NCBI GenBank assembly: GCA_964611115.1
Contig: CAZSWO010000001.1
Coordinates: 20,309-84,308 of the forward strand
DNA from: an uncultured Gammaproteobacteria bacterium
Lineage (GTDB): Bacteria > Patescibacteriota > Patescibacteriia > Patescibacteriales > Patescibacteriaceae
Direction: 5' to 3'
Length of the DNA stretch: 64,000 bases
Below are positions 17,697 through 27,542 of this stretch, one piece after another (within the stretch, counting starts at the first letter, position 1; each line of letters starts with the position of its first letter). Made by a program: the position numbers and the translations under genes. The notes beneath the pieces were generated by a model. It worked only from the letters and a program-made list of their open reading frames with translations. It was not told where the DNA came from and did not search any database.

Positions 17697-20600
17697 TTAG
17701 TTATTAGTTAAAAAGACGGTTGCCGCGAGTCCATGATTGATAGACGACTCAAAGGCATAGAATGAAAAGACAAGGCGACCTCGATAATCAAAGATTCTAA
17801 CGTGAGGCGCTCCGCCACTCTCCGGTACAGTAATAATATCGGTAAATCCGTCTCTATTCAAATCAGCGCTTAAAACCTTAACATTACCGCTAAAAGTCGC
17901 TGAATAGGACTGCCATTGAAAGCGGCGTCCCCCGCGGAAGTCATAAGCTCCAACCAAACCCGAACCGCTCATCCGGCTAATTAAGAGCTCGGCCTGTCGT
18001 CGGCGCGGATTAGCATCTAAGTCACCGCTAGCGAGCTGCAAACCGCTCGCATCATAACGATTCCCGACTATAAAGTCATTAAGCTTGCGTCCGTCACGGC
18101 TAAAAATCTTAACCTGCGGAACACCGCCGCGGCCGGGAGCGGTGATAATTTCCCTGCCGCCTTCATCGCGCACATCACCGACGGCAATCGAAACTCCGCC
18201 TTTAAAGCTCGCCGGATAGGCAAGGAATGAACGAATGAATTTGCCTTCTCTTGAGAAAATTTTAACCAGAGGTTCAAAGCCGGCATTAGGAGCGGTAATA
18301 ATTTCTTTTTTTCCATCACCGTCTAAATCAGCGACGACAACCGTTGCTCCTCCCTTGTAAGCATAAGGATATGCCAGAAAATTAAAGAGCATATCGCCGT
18401 CTTCATTAAATATTTTAATATTGGATTCAAGACCTTTCTTCGGCGCAGTTATTATTTCATCATTACCGTCATTGTTCAAATCGCCCGAGGCCAATGAAAT
18501 TCCTCCAGTATATGTTTCCGGATAGGCTAGAAATTCTTTTTCTTTATTGCCAACATTATCCATCACTGTTACGAGGGCGGGCGCTGCTGAAGCCGGAGCA
18601 AAGGCAAATCGAGAACGCTGGGATTTAAGCTGCGTACTCGCTTCTAAAATAGCCTGCGCCATATTAACGCGGCCGCTGCCAAGCTGATTTATATAACTCG
18701 GATTAAGATCATTAAGATTATCCGCCGTGCGTTTCATAATATCGATCGCCTGCTCCGGAGGCATGCTCGGATTAGTACCTTGAATCAAAGCGAGTGTTCC
18801 GCTGATAAGCGGAACGGCCATCGATGTTCCCGACCAATAGCCGTCATAATACTGATTGAAAAATCTTCCTTCGGTTGATTTATCAGGTGCGTACACGGTT
18901 GTTGTATAAAAACTTACGCCCGGTGCCGCAATATCAATGCAATTACTTCCAAAGCCGGAAAAGTTTGCTTTTTGATCGATGCCGTCGGTCGCTGCGACGC
19001 CAACCGCCAATTTCTTTCCGTCGCTATCTCGATAGCAGGCCGGATAAATCGGACGTTCATTTAAATTAATTCCCTGACCGATGGCTTGTTCATTACCGGC
19101 CGGAGCGACAACAATAACGCCGGCGCGACGAGCGCGACGCAAGGCGTCTTCCAATCCGCGACTATAACCAAAACCGACAAAACTCAAATTAATGATATTG
19201 GCTCCTTTTGAAATCGCATAGTCAATTGATTTAATAACGGTTGCAATATCGCCGTTGCCCTTATCATCAAGCGCTTTAATCGCCATAATTTTAGAGTTCC
19301 AGCTAACTCCGGCAACACCTTGGTTATTGTTTCCCGCCGCCGCCGCAATTCCGGCAATAACCGTCCCGTGAATAACGCCGCCTTCGCTGAAGCCCGGTTT
19401 GAATTTAGGCGATGGATCAGCAAAGCCGTTAACAAAATCCCAACCGTAGACATCGTCGATCAGTCCGTTCTTATCGTCATCTCGATTGTTATTGGCAATT
19501 TCAGCAGGATTAACCCACATATTCGGTTTAATATCAGGGTGATAGACCTGCACACCGGAATCAATAACAGCAATCACAATTGTTGGCGCTGAGTGATTTA
19601 TATTCCAGGCAGTCGGAGCTTTAATCCGCTCTAGATACCATTGGTTTGAAAGCAGCGTGTCGGAAGGAGTAATCGCCGCAGTGACGATATAGTTTAACTC
19701 GGCATATTCAACCGAACTTAGTTTTGAATAATATGTTACTAATTCTTGATTGCTCTTGTTCTGTGGAACTCTAACAGTACGAGCCAGTTGTTCATTTTTA
19801 AATTTAACGATGATAGTTTTAGTATCAGCTTCGGGTTCATTAAATGCCTTACCTGGCGCGAAAGGCACAAGCATTGAAGAGATTACCAAGACAATGACCA
19901 AGGTTTTAATAGTCGTTAAAATTCCCTCAGCACATTTTTTCCAGCTGAAGTTCTTAACTCGTTCACTTCCCTCTTTAATTAAGCGCGCTCGCACTGCCTT
20001 GTCCTCAATCACTGAAATAATAGCCTGCGCCATATCGTCGGGACTGCTAGGATCAAACAAAACAGCGGCGTCGCCGGCGATTTCCGGAATCGACGCAGCA
20101 CGCGAAGCCGCAATCGGAGTTTTAGTCGCCATTGCCTGCAGCAAAGGAATTCCGAAACCTTCGTAATTAGAGGGAAAGACAAAGGCGTCGGCCTTGGCAA
20201 AAATATAGGGCAAATCTTTCTCCGCAACCCAGCCGGTCGTACAGACAATTGTTTCGAGACCGAAGCCATGAATTGAATATTTGATATCATCAAAGCCGTA
20301 GCTGGCATCGCCTACTAAATAAAGTTTATGCTGGAAATCCGGACGACGATTTTTTAGATAGTGAAAGGCTTCTATCAAAGTTGCAATATTTTTCTTTTTC
20401 TCAAGGCGTCCGACGTAAAAAACGTAGGGCTGGCGAATGCCGTAGGAAGCGAGAATCTCCTCTCCCTTCGGATCCTCTGTAAGATCTTTATATAATTCAT
20501 CATTATAACCGTTATGAATTACATCAATTTTAGCGGCGTCGGCATCCTTGTAGGTTTCAAGCAATTCCTTTTTGGTAAATTCAGAAATTGAAATAACGCG

Positions 20601-21107
20601 GCGGGCATGCTTTAGCGCATAATGGGTTGACCAATCAAGATAATCAAAAGTATTGGCACCATATTTTCCAAAGGTAAGCGTTCGAACAAGGGCGTTAACA
20701 AAACTGTGCCGAGCCGATGTTTGCGCACCGATGTTAGCTCGTTCGTATAATTTCGCATCGCTTCTAAAACCGATATCATGAATTGTGACAACGGACTTTC
20801 TCGGATGAATAATCGGCAAGGCATGCGCCGGAACAAATAACACATCAGGCGCGTTAAACAGCATCTCCAACGACAAGCGTCCCTGTGTCCAAAAGAATTT
20901 CCAGGGCCAGGCTAACACCTTACTTGTAAAATTTCGATGTTTTGCAACTAAAGACGCCAACTCGCCGCTCAAAGGCGTATCGGTGTATAAAATATATTCA
21001 TGTTCGCTATCCAGCTCAGCCAAGGCGAAAATCACATAATAGGAATACCATTCGGTTCCGCTTTTATGAGCGCGGTTGGCGCGGCTGGCGTCAATACCAA
21101 TCCTCAT
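17697..21107 (-). CDS. Fusion: GT4 glycosyltransferase + TM/signal segment + S8 subtilase + FG-GAP-like repeats
   Basis: GT4 (IGIDAS, FPSNYEGFGIPLLQAM), hydrophobic LVIVLVISSMLVPFAPGKA, triad VIDSG/HGT/GTSMA, 5-6 GD.D.DG..EIIT repeats; start MRIGID (21107). Confidence 0.9.
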   Translation of the reverse strand: MRIGIDASRANRAHKSGTEWYSYYVIFALAELDSEHEYILYTDTPLSGELASLVAKHRNFTSKVLAWPWKFFWTQGRLSLEMLFNAPDVLFVPAHALPIIHPRKSVVTIHDIGFRSDAKLYERANIGAQTSARHSFVNALVRTLTFGKYGANTFDYLDWSTHYALKHARRVISISEFTKKELLETYKDADAAKIDVIHNGYNDELYKDLTEDPKGEEILASYGIRQPYVFYVGRLEKKKNIATLIEAFHYLKNRRPDFQHKLYLVGDASYGFDDIKYSIHGFGLETIVCTTGWVAEKDLPYIFAKADAFVFPSNYEGFGIPLLQAMATKTPIAASRAASIPEIAGDAAVLFDPSSPDDMAQAIISVIEDKAVRARLIKEGSERVKNFSWKKCAEGILTTIKTLVIVLVISSMLVPFAPGKAFNEPEADTKTIIVKFKNEQLARTVRVPQNKSNQELVTYYSKLSSVEYAELNYIVTAAITPSDTLLSNQWYLERIKAPTAWNINHSAPTIVIAVIDSGVQVYHPDIKPNMWVNPAEIANNNRDDDKNGLIDDVYGWDFVNGFADPSPKFKPGFSEGGVIHGTVIAGIAAAAGNNNQGVAGVSWNSKIMAIKALDDKGNGDIATVIKSIDYAISKGANIINLSFVGFGYSRGLEDALRRARRAGVIVVAPAGNEQAIGQGINLNERPIYPACYRDSDGKKLAVGVAATDGIDQKANFSGFGSNCIDIAAPGVSFYTTTVYAPDKSTEGRFFNQYYDGYWSGTSMAVPLISGTLALIQGTNPSMPPEQAIDIMKRTADNLNDLNPSYINQLGSGRVNMAQAILEASTQLKSQRSRFAFAPASAAPALVTVMDNVGNKEKEFLAYPETYTGGISLASGDLNNDGNDEIITAPKKGLESNIKIFNEDGDMLFNFLAYPYAYKGGATVVVADLDGDGKKEIITAPNAGFEPLVKIFSREGKFIRSFLAYPASFKGGVSIAVGDVRDEGGREIITAPGRGGVPQVKIFSRDGRKLNDFIVGNRYDASGLQLASGDLDANPRRRQAELLISRMSGSGLVGAYDFRGGRRFQWQSYSATFSGNVKVLSADLNRDGFTDIITVPESGGAPHVRIFDYRGRLVFSFYAFESSINHGLAATVFLTNN

Positions 21108-21108
21108 A

Positions 21109-22116
21109 CTATTTGGTTGCAAAAATACTCCGTTTGTAGGAATCAAGATTTTCTAAGGCGATACCGGTTCCTTTGGCGACACAGAGAAGTGCATCATCGG
21201 CAACGTAGGCCGGAACGTCGGTCGTTCGATATAAAAGTTGATCAAGATTGCGCAAGAGCGATGAACCGCCCGATAAGACCATTCCCTTATCCATAATATC
21301 CGAAGCCAGTTCCGGCGGCGTATCGCGCAAGACATTCTTAGCCGCCGTTATAATAGCTTCTAACTCATTCTGAATCGCTTCTGTTACATCGTCGGATGAA
21401 ACAATAATATTTCTTGGTAAGCCGGTAATAATATCGCGACCGCGGATTTCCATTGTTAACTTATCTTCGAGATACAAAGCACTACCGATTCCAATCTTTA
21501 CTTCTTCGGCGGTACGCTCACCGATGACAAGATTATATTTGCGGCGGATGTAATCAATAATTGAACTGTCAAATTTGTTTCCGCCGACGCGAACGGAGGT
21601 CGAGGTAACAACACCGCCCAACGAGATAACGGCCATTTCCGCGGTTCCACCGCCGATGTCGACAATCATATGTCCCGAGGGAGAACCGATCGGGATATCA
21701 GCGCCAATCGCGGCGGCAATCGGTTCTTTAATAATGTAGGCGGCTTTAGCGCCGGCAGCAATTGTTGCGTCGATAACAGCGCGACGTTCCGTCGAAGTAA
21801 TTCCGGCGGGAACCGCGACCATAACTTCCGGACGAAAGAGACGAACGCCGGAGAGAGCTTTATTAATAAAGTAACGAAGCATCGCTTCGGTTGTATGATA
21901 ATCGGCGATAACGCCGTCTTTGAGCGGCTTGATTGCAACAATGTTTCCCGGAGTTCGACCAAGCATGTCCTTAGCTTCGTTGCCGACCGCTAGAATTTTT
22001 TTATCGGACATCGAGATAGCAACCACCGACGGCTCATTAATAACAATCCCGCGGCGCGGGACGTGAACGAGGGTATAGGTTGTACCGAGATCGATGCCGA
22101 TCCGTTTTATAAACAT
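21109..22116 (-). CDS. mreB: Rod shape-determining actin homolog MreB
   Basis: IGIDLGT, NEPSVVA, PLKDGVIAD, VDIGGGT, LSGGSSLL. Confidence 0.97.
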   Translation of the reverse strand: MFIKRIGIDLGTTYTLVHVPRRGIVINEPSVVAISMSDKKILAVGNEAKDMLGRTPGNIVAIKPLKDGVIADYHTTEAMLRYFINKALSGVRLFRPEVMVAVPAGITSTERRAVIDATIAAGAKAAYIIKEPIAAAIGADIPIGSPSGHMIVDIGGGTAEMAVISLGGVVTSTSVRVGGNKFDSSIIDYIRRKYNLVIGERTAEEVKIGIGSALYLEDKLTMEIRGRDIITGLPRNIIVSSDDVTEAIQNELEAIITAAKNVLRDTPPELASDIMDKGMVLSGGSSLLRNLDQLLYRTTDVPAYVADDALLCVAKGTGIALENLDSYKRSIFATK

Positions 22117-22118
22117 AG

Positions 22119-24029
22119 TTAAAATTCAATGAAAAAGCTGCGATCTATCTTTAAATCTCCGCTGGCGGTAAGCCGAGAGCTATCGGTTGCGGTTGAATAG
22201 AAATTCGCTGGACTATAGGATTTTATCTCATTTTTGAAGCCCAAGTCAACGGCCAAACGACTTAGCTGCTTTCCAGGCTGTTTTTGAATGGTTAAACGAT
22301 AATTCCTGTACTTTTGCATATTTGTCAGAATCTCAACCGGCAATTCATATTCGAACACAAGCTGTCCGATTTGTCCGGGCTCCACCGATAAAAATGCTGC
22401 AAAATAGGTTTTACCGAATTCTTCAGCGACCGTCACCTCGCCCTGAGAATGACCGCTGGCTCGTATTAAACGACTTCCGCCGGGAACATACACTCTCGTA
22501 TACGTTCGATAGCGAGTCGTCTTCCAATCAAAACCTCCGCCGTGTGAATAGCGCAGCGTTAAGGTTGCCATAAGCGTATCGCTTCCCTCTTCAACGTTGT
22601 ATTCAATCTGACGGTCCATAACAGCATCAGTTTTAAGCGCCGCCATGTTCGCATCAACAACCATTACATAGTCTCCCCAATCATGACGAATTGCACCGGA
22701 CCAACCCTGCTTAGTAATTAAATCTTGCAGCGCTGCATCATTGGAATAGAGCAAAACATTTTTGCGCGCGACGTTATCAGAAATAAGATTAATCATTTCC
22801 GGCCAGCGACCGAGAGGCAGATCCAATAAACGTTGTTTCATTTCTTTTGAGATGTCGCCGATAACTTCTTTGCGCTGCCAAGAAGGAATACCGAGACGGA
22901 CGTAATCTTTTTCAACTTTATACTGAAGCAGATCAACAAAATTTTGCGCCGTATAGGTCTCGCCTTGAATCGTAATCGGACCGGTCAGTTTCATTAAGTC
23001 AGTAATCAACTCCGGCGTAATCGCGATAACACCGTCAAAATCCGAAATCGGATCAGGCGTGGGCATCGCCGCATTTTCTAATTTATAAAAACGCAGCAAC
23101 TCACGCGCCGACGTCGGCCAATCCGGTGACCAGTTCGCATCGCGCATATACCATTTATCAACGCCAAGATATTGTTTAAGCGGAGCCGGCGGAGCAATCG
23201 AAATTTTATCTTTAACCGGCATATCGATGTGATAAATATCATGAGTTTCAAAGCGTTCGAAATCTCCGTCTTTAGTTTGAATAATTCCGTAGGTTCCAAT
23301 AAAGCCGCCGGTTGGTCGAAGTTCGTCGCTGTTTTGTAAAATCAAAAGATAGCGCGATGTATTCGGATAACCGAGCAAGGACGGCAGCAATCGAGTTAGG
23401 GGCGAAGCTTCTTCGATTGTGCGTTGTCCGACGCTGATCTTTTCTTTAAGTTCCTCAAGCCGCGCGCTTAAAGGACCGAACCATTTGAACGACCTTATTC
23501 CTTCGATGTCGCTCAAGCTGGCACTCAATTTTTCATTAACGGTTGTAAGCGACTCGTCAGCAGTATAAATTGTAGATAAAATCCGGCGTCGTTCATCAAT
23601 TGGCAGTTTAGAAAAAGTCATGCCGCCGTTAGCGGCAATAATATCGCCTAGACCGCTGCCGTAGTTCGTCGCCGCCTCCATTGCTTCGGCCAACGATTTT
23701 CCCGCAGAAACTAAATGTTCAGCGTCATTTTTATACGAGGCAAATATCTTGATATACGCAAAGGGTCCAATACGAAGACTATTAACTTCCTTAACCGCAA
23801 TTGAAAAAGAGGCAACGGCTTCATCAGCCGCTTTATTCGCAGAGCTAAAGTCGCCTGATTGAGCGAGGTGCAAAGAGCTTTCCAGCGAGGTTTTTCCGCT
23901 GTTTACGCTTGAATAAACGGTACTAACGTGCTTTAGGTTAAATCCAATCAACATTAAAACAACCGCTAAAACGGCGATGCCGGCGATAAATAATCCCCAC
24001 AAACATTTTGTAATAATTCGGATGGCCAT
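22119..24029 (-). CDS. DUF4012 domain membrane protein (second paralog)
   Basis: YLLILQNSDELRPTGGFIGT, MRDANWSPDWPT, FDGVIAITP, RTYTRVYVP; start MAIRII (24029). Confidence 0.87.
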   Translation of the reverse strand: MAIRIITKCLWGLFIAGIAVLAVVLMLIGFNLKHVSTVYSSVNSGKTSLESSLHLAQSGDFSSANKAADEAVASFSIAVKEVNSLRIGPFAYIKIFASYKNDAEHLVSAGKSLAEAMEAATNYGSGLGDIIAANGGMTFSKLPIDERRRILSTIYTADESLTTVNEKLSASLSDIEGIRSFKWFGPLSARLEELKEKISVGQRTIEEASPLTRLLPSLLGYPNTSRYLLILQNSDELRPTGGFIGTYGIIQTKDGDFERFETHDIYHIDMPVKDKISIAPPAPLKQYLGVDKWYMRDANWSPDWPTSARELLRFYKLENAAMPTPDPISDFDGVIAITPELITDLMKLTGPITIQGETYTAQNFVDLLQYKVEKDYVRLGIPSWQRKEVIGDISKEMKQRLLDLPLGRWPEMINLISDNVARKNVLLYSNDAALQDLITKQGWSGAIRHDWGDYVMVVDANMAALKTDAVMDRQIEYNVEEGSDTLMATLTLRYSHGGGFDWKTTRYRTYTRVYVPGGSRLIRASGHSQGEVTVAEEFGKTYFAAFLSVEPGQIGQLVFEYELPVEILTNMQKYRNYRLTIQKQPGKQLSRLAVDLGFKNEIKSYSPANFYSTATDSSRLTASGDLKIDRSFFIEF

Positions 24030-24097
24030 ATTGACAATTTCTCTTTTATTGTAGCATAATTGAGGCAAATCTAAAAAATCAAAGGGAGAAATCGTAC

Positions 24098-24529
24098 ATG
24101 AAAAACAGAATAAATATTTTTGTCCGCCTCATTGCTTTTGCCATAATTTACACTGGAGGGATCTGCCTCATAATAGGCATTCTCTACCATCAAGGCAACA
24201 TTGTCCCGGAAAAATTCTTAACAGAAGATCTAGGAGTTATTACGGTGATTTTATTAAGCACCGGTATACAACTTTTATTTTTGTCACTCAATTCAGAAAC
24301 ACCATTGCACAAACCCTCTAACATAACTATAACAATTGGTTATTGCATTATAATAGTTGCTATAACCATGACACACCCTGTGGTTACAATCGGAGTCTTC
24401 GCAATGTCTTGCCTTATGTTTACCTTAGTATGCATTCTTCTCTATTCTTGGCGAAACGAAGCCAACAAATCACAAGCGAAATTTTGGAGCTTAATAGACA
24501 ACATTGGAAGGAGGATGGAGAATGCATAA
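24098..24529 (+). CDS. Hypothetical 4-TM membrane protein (ORFan)
   Basis: AAGGGAG SD; TTGACA at 24031; four hydrophobic segments. Confidence 0.7.
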   Translation: MKNRINIFVRLIAFAIIYTGGICLIIGILYHQGNIVPEKFLTEDLGVITVILLSTGIQLLFLSLNSETPLHKPSNITITIGYCIIIVAITMTHPVVTIGVFAMSCLMFTLVCILLYSWRNEANKSQAKFWSLIDNIGRRMENA

Positions 24530-24974
24530 CCTAAACAAGAGAGTTGTGTACGTACTAAGTCTTGCTGCCTGGCTTTGGCTTTCTGCCGCCGCTGTTTTCT
24601 TCTTGATTTCTATATTATCAAGATCGCAAGCCAATCCAATTTTCTTGAAACTAGCCATTACTTCATTAGTACTATTTTCATTCTGCCTCCTAGGAGTAAT
24701 TGGCTTTAGAGATGAATTGATTATTACAAGACCATGGTCAATAGCCTGCTCATTGATTCATGGCGGAATGGTTTCGTTTGCAATGTGTTATTTTTGGGAA
24801 ATACGTCCTATTGAGATCTGGTTTTTCTTTCTTTTTATCACGCCTTATATCTGGGCGGGCATTGAAGAGTGGGAAGAGAAAGGGAGATATATTCAATCCG
24901 ACAGGAAATGGTTTTTTATTGATTGGATGATTTCAAAAACCGAAGGAACATATCAATCATTACATATTCGCTAA
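24522..24974 (+). CDS. Hypothetical 4-TM membrane protein (ORFan)
   Basis: GGAG SD before ATG 24522, overlapping the upstream stop; four hydrophobic segments. Confidence 0.7.
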   Translation: MHNLNKRVVYVLSLAAWLWLSAAAVFFLISILSRSQANPIFLKLAITSLVLFSFCLLGVIGFRDELIITRPWSIACSLIHGGMVSFAMCYFWEIRPIEIWFFFLFITPYIWAGIEEWEEKGRYIQSDRKWFFIDWMISKTEGTYQSLHIR

Positions 24975-24995
24975 AGATTCAAAAAAATACCCTAT

Positions 24996-25027
24996 AAAGG
25001 AATTGTCAAAGACAGTTCCTTTTTTTT
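24996..25027. terminator. Rho-independent terminator between convergent genes
   Basis: AGGAATTGTC-aaa-GACAGTTCCT followed by a T run. Confidence 0.75.
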
Positions 25028-26282
25028 ATTCCGTTCGCAGGGCTTCGATCGGATCAAGTTTGGCGGCGGTTCGGGCAGGAGTTACGCCGAACACAATTCC
25101 AAAGAAGGCGCTGAAGGAAATGGCAATAATGAAGGCTCGTAAGGGTATCGCGAATTCCCAGCTAAAACCGAGTGCGTTGGCTATAACACTGACAAGATAG
25201 GCAATTATCGAACCGAGCAAACAACCGATAAGGCCCCCCAATAAGGTAAGTAAAATTGCTTCAATTAAAAATTGTCGCAAAATATCGCCTCGCTTAGCGC
25301 CGACCGCTTTGCGCAGACCGATCTCCATAGTTCGCTCAGTAACAGAAACATACATAACATTCATAATTCCAACACCACCAACAACCAGCGAAATAGTGAC
25401 AATCGCTAATAACAAAAATGTCAGCGCGTCAGTGACGGTGTTCAAGGTATCGAGCGCTTCGGTCATTGTCGTAATATTAAAATCGTCCCGCGCCGGATCG
25501 CTGATGTCATGACGTCGACGTAGCGTATCTTCCATCTCAGCAACCGTTTCCTCGCCACGAGAAGGATCTTCTAGCTTATGCACCAAGAACGAAACGTGAT
25601 TAATGCCCAATAACTTTTTTTGCAAAGTTCTGATTGGGACATAAATATAATCATCAAAATTTACAAAACTGGCCGCTCCCCGCTCCGCCGCGACGCCGAT
25701 AACCGTAAAACGTTCATCACGCAGGCGAATAGTTTCTCCGACGGCATCCGAATCTCCAAACAATTTTTCTTTAATATCCTTGCCCAATACAACAACCGTG
25801 GCGAGTGAGCGATCTTCCGCGTCCGTAAAGAAACGACCGTCGGCGACAGTTGTCTTATCAATGTCGGGATAACTGGCGTTAACTCCGGAGATGTAGGCAC
25901 GCCGCAATTCATTGCCGCGACTTACCTGCTCTTGGGTTAATATAGATCCGTAAGCGATTCCGATATTGGGAAGTTTCTGTAAGGCTTCCATATCATCAAG
26001 CGTCAAGGAGGTAATCTGAACTCCGCTGGCGAGCGCATTAGCCGACTCGCTATCGCTGGAATTTCCTGTCTTATTGTTTGGTACTTTTATTTCCGTATAC
26101 ACCGTATCAGTTCCAAAGCCTTCAAACTGTCCGAGCACGAGGGCGCGGATTCCTTCTCCGGCGGAGAAAACAATAATAACCGTCATAATGCCGATGATGA
26201 GTCCGAGCAAGGTTAAGCCGGTGCGCATTTTATTGGCGCGCATCAGCTTGATTGAATTAGCGATGGAAGAAAAAATTGTCAT
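25026..26282 (-). CDS. MacB/FtsX-family ABC permease
   Basis: RTGLTLLGLIIG, GR.F...E, VGGVGIMNVMYVSVTERTMEIGLRKAVGA, LDPIEALR. Confidence 0.95.
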   Translation of the reverse strand: MTIFSSIANSIKLMRANKMRTGLTLLGLIIGIMTVIIVFSAGEGIRALVLGQFEGFGTDTVYTEIKVPNNKTGNSSDSESANALASGVQITSLTLDDMEALQKLPNIGIAYGSILTQEQVSRGNELRRAYISGVNASYPDIDKTTVADGRFFTDAEDRSLATVVVLGKDIKEKLFGDSDAVGETIRLRDERFTVIGVAAERGAASFVNFDDYIYVPIRTLQKKLLGINHVSFLVHKLEDPSRGEETVAEMEDTLRRRHDISDPARDDFNITTMTEALDTLNTVTDALTFLLLAIVTISLVVGGVGIMNVMYVSVTERTMEIGLRKAVGAKRGDILRQFLIEAILLTLLGGLIGCLLGSIIAYLVSVIANALGFSWEFAIPLRAFIIAISFSAFFGIVFGVTPARTAAKLDPIEALRTE

Positions 26283-26285
26283 ATG

Positions 26286-27542
26286 TTATTCGTAGCGGAG
26301 CGCTTCGATCGGATCAAGTTTGCTCGCCTTTGAGGCCGGATATAATCCAAAAATTAATCCGACGGCAATAGAAACCGAAACGGCGACGAGAATCGCTGAA
26401 AGTGAAAAACTGGTCGGCCAATCATAGCCAAGTTGCTGCGCAACCAACGCAATCACAACCGAAAGAACTTGTCCGACGATAATTCCGATAATTCCTCCGG
26501 AAAGCGTAATCGCCGCCGCTTCGGTTAAGAACTGAGCCATAATATCAAAGCGGCGCGCGCCAACCGCTTGCCGTAAACCGATTTCGCGCGTTCGTTCTAC
26601 CACTCTGATCAACATGATGTTCATAATACCAATTCCTCCGACCAGTAATGACAAGGCCGCCATTCCGGCAAGAAAGAAACGCAGAGCGTCAGTAATCGTT
26701 CTTAGAAGATCGAGTGCGTCGGATGTGCTGCGCACAGAAAAGTCATCGCTCTCCCCGCTCTGATCGCTGATCTTATGTCGCTCGCGCAGGGTCATAGCGA
26801 CGTCTTCAATTGTCTGGGGAATATATTCTTCGGAATCAACTTTTATTCGCATCAAACCAAGATAATCGACGCCGGCGATTAAGCGCTGAACGCTTGTTAT
26901 CGGCGCAACCACTCGATCGTCATAATTTTGAAACCCGACCGTGCCTCGTTCCTTTATAACCCCGATAACGGTAAATGATTCATTCTTAATTCGAACTAAC
27001 TCGCCAATCGGATCATTTTGTCCGAATAATTCATCCCTGACTATACTACCGAGTACGACAACTCGCGCCGTAGAGTTCTCTTCTTCTTGTGTAAAAAATC
27101 GCCCGCTTTCCAGCTCGCCACCCTCAACTTCAAAATACTGAGAACTTGTTCCGTAAATACTCGTATCATAGTTTTGGCTGCGCCAACTTGTTTTAACCGA
27201 ACTGACGGTAAAAGGCGCAACCGCAACAACGTGCGGAGCATTATTTCTATTAGCGATTGCCCTAGCGTCGTCAAGCGTCAACGTAGTTATAGAAATTCCC
27301 ATAACAGAAGCCGGCGGTCCATTTGATTCTGATTTACCGGGCAGGACACCGATCAGATTCGAGCCGAAACTTTGTACCTGAGATAGAATCAAGGATTGGG
27401 CACCGGCGCCGATAGCGATAATAATAATAACTGCGGCGACGCCGATAATAATACCGAGCATCGTCATTATGCTTCGACGACGGCTCGCATTCAAAGCGCG
27501 AAAAGCGCCGCTGACTAAATTTGAGTAGTAATCTTTTCTCAT
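26286..27542 (-). CDS. MacB/FtsX-family ABC permease (second)
   Basis: RSIMTMLGIIIG, VGGIGIMNIM, ERTREIGLRQAVGA, LDPIEALRYE. Confidence 0.95.
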   Translation of the reverse strand: MRKDYYSNLVSGAFRALNASRRRSIMTMLGIIIGVAAVIIIIAIGAGAQSLILSQVQSFGSNLIGVLPGKSESNGPPASVMGISITTLTLDDARAIANRNNAPHVVAVAPFTVSSVKTSWRSQNYDTSIYGTSSQYFEVEGGELESGRFFTQEEENSTARVVVLGSIVRDELFGQNDPIGELVRIKNESFTVIGVIKERGTVGFQNYDDRVVAPITSVQRLIAGVDYLGLMRIKVDSEEYIPQTIEDVAMTLRERHKISDQSGESDDFSVRSTSDALDLLRTITDALRFFLAGMAALSLLVGGIGIMNIMLIRVVERTREIGLRQAVGARRFDIMAQFLTEAAAITLSGGIIGIIVGQVLSVVIALVAQQLGYDWPTSFSLSAILVAVSVSIAVGLIFGLYPASKASKLDPIEALRYE

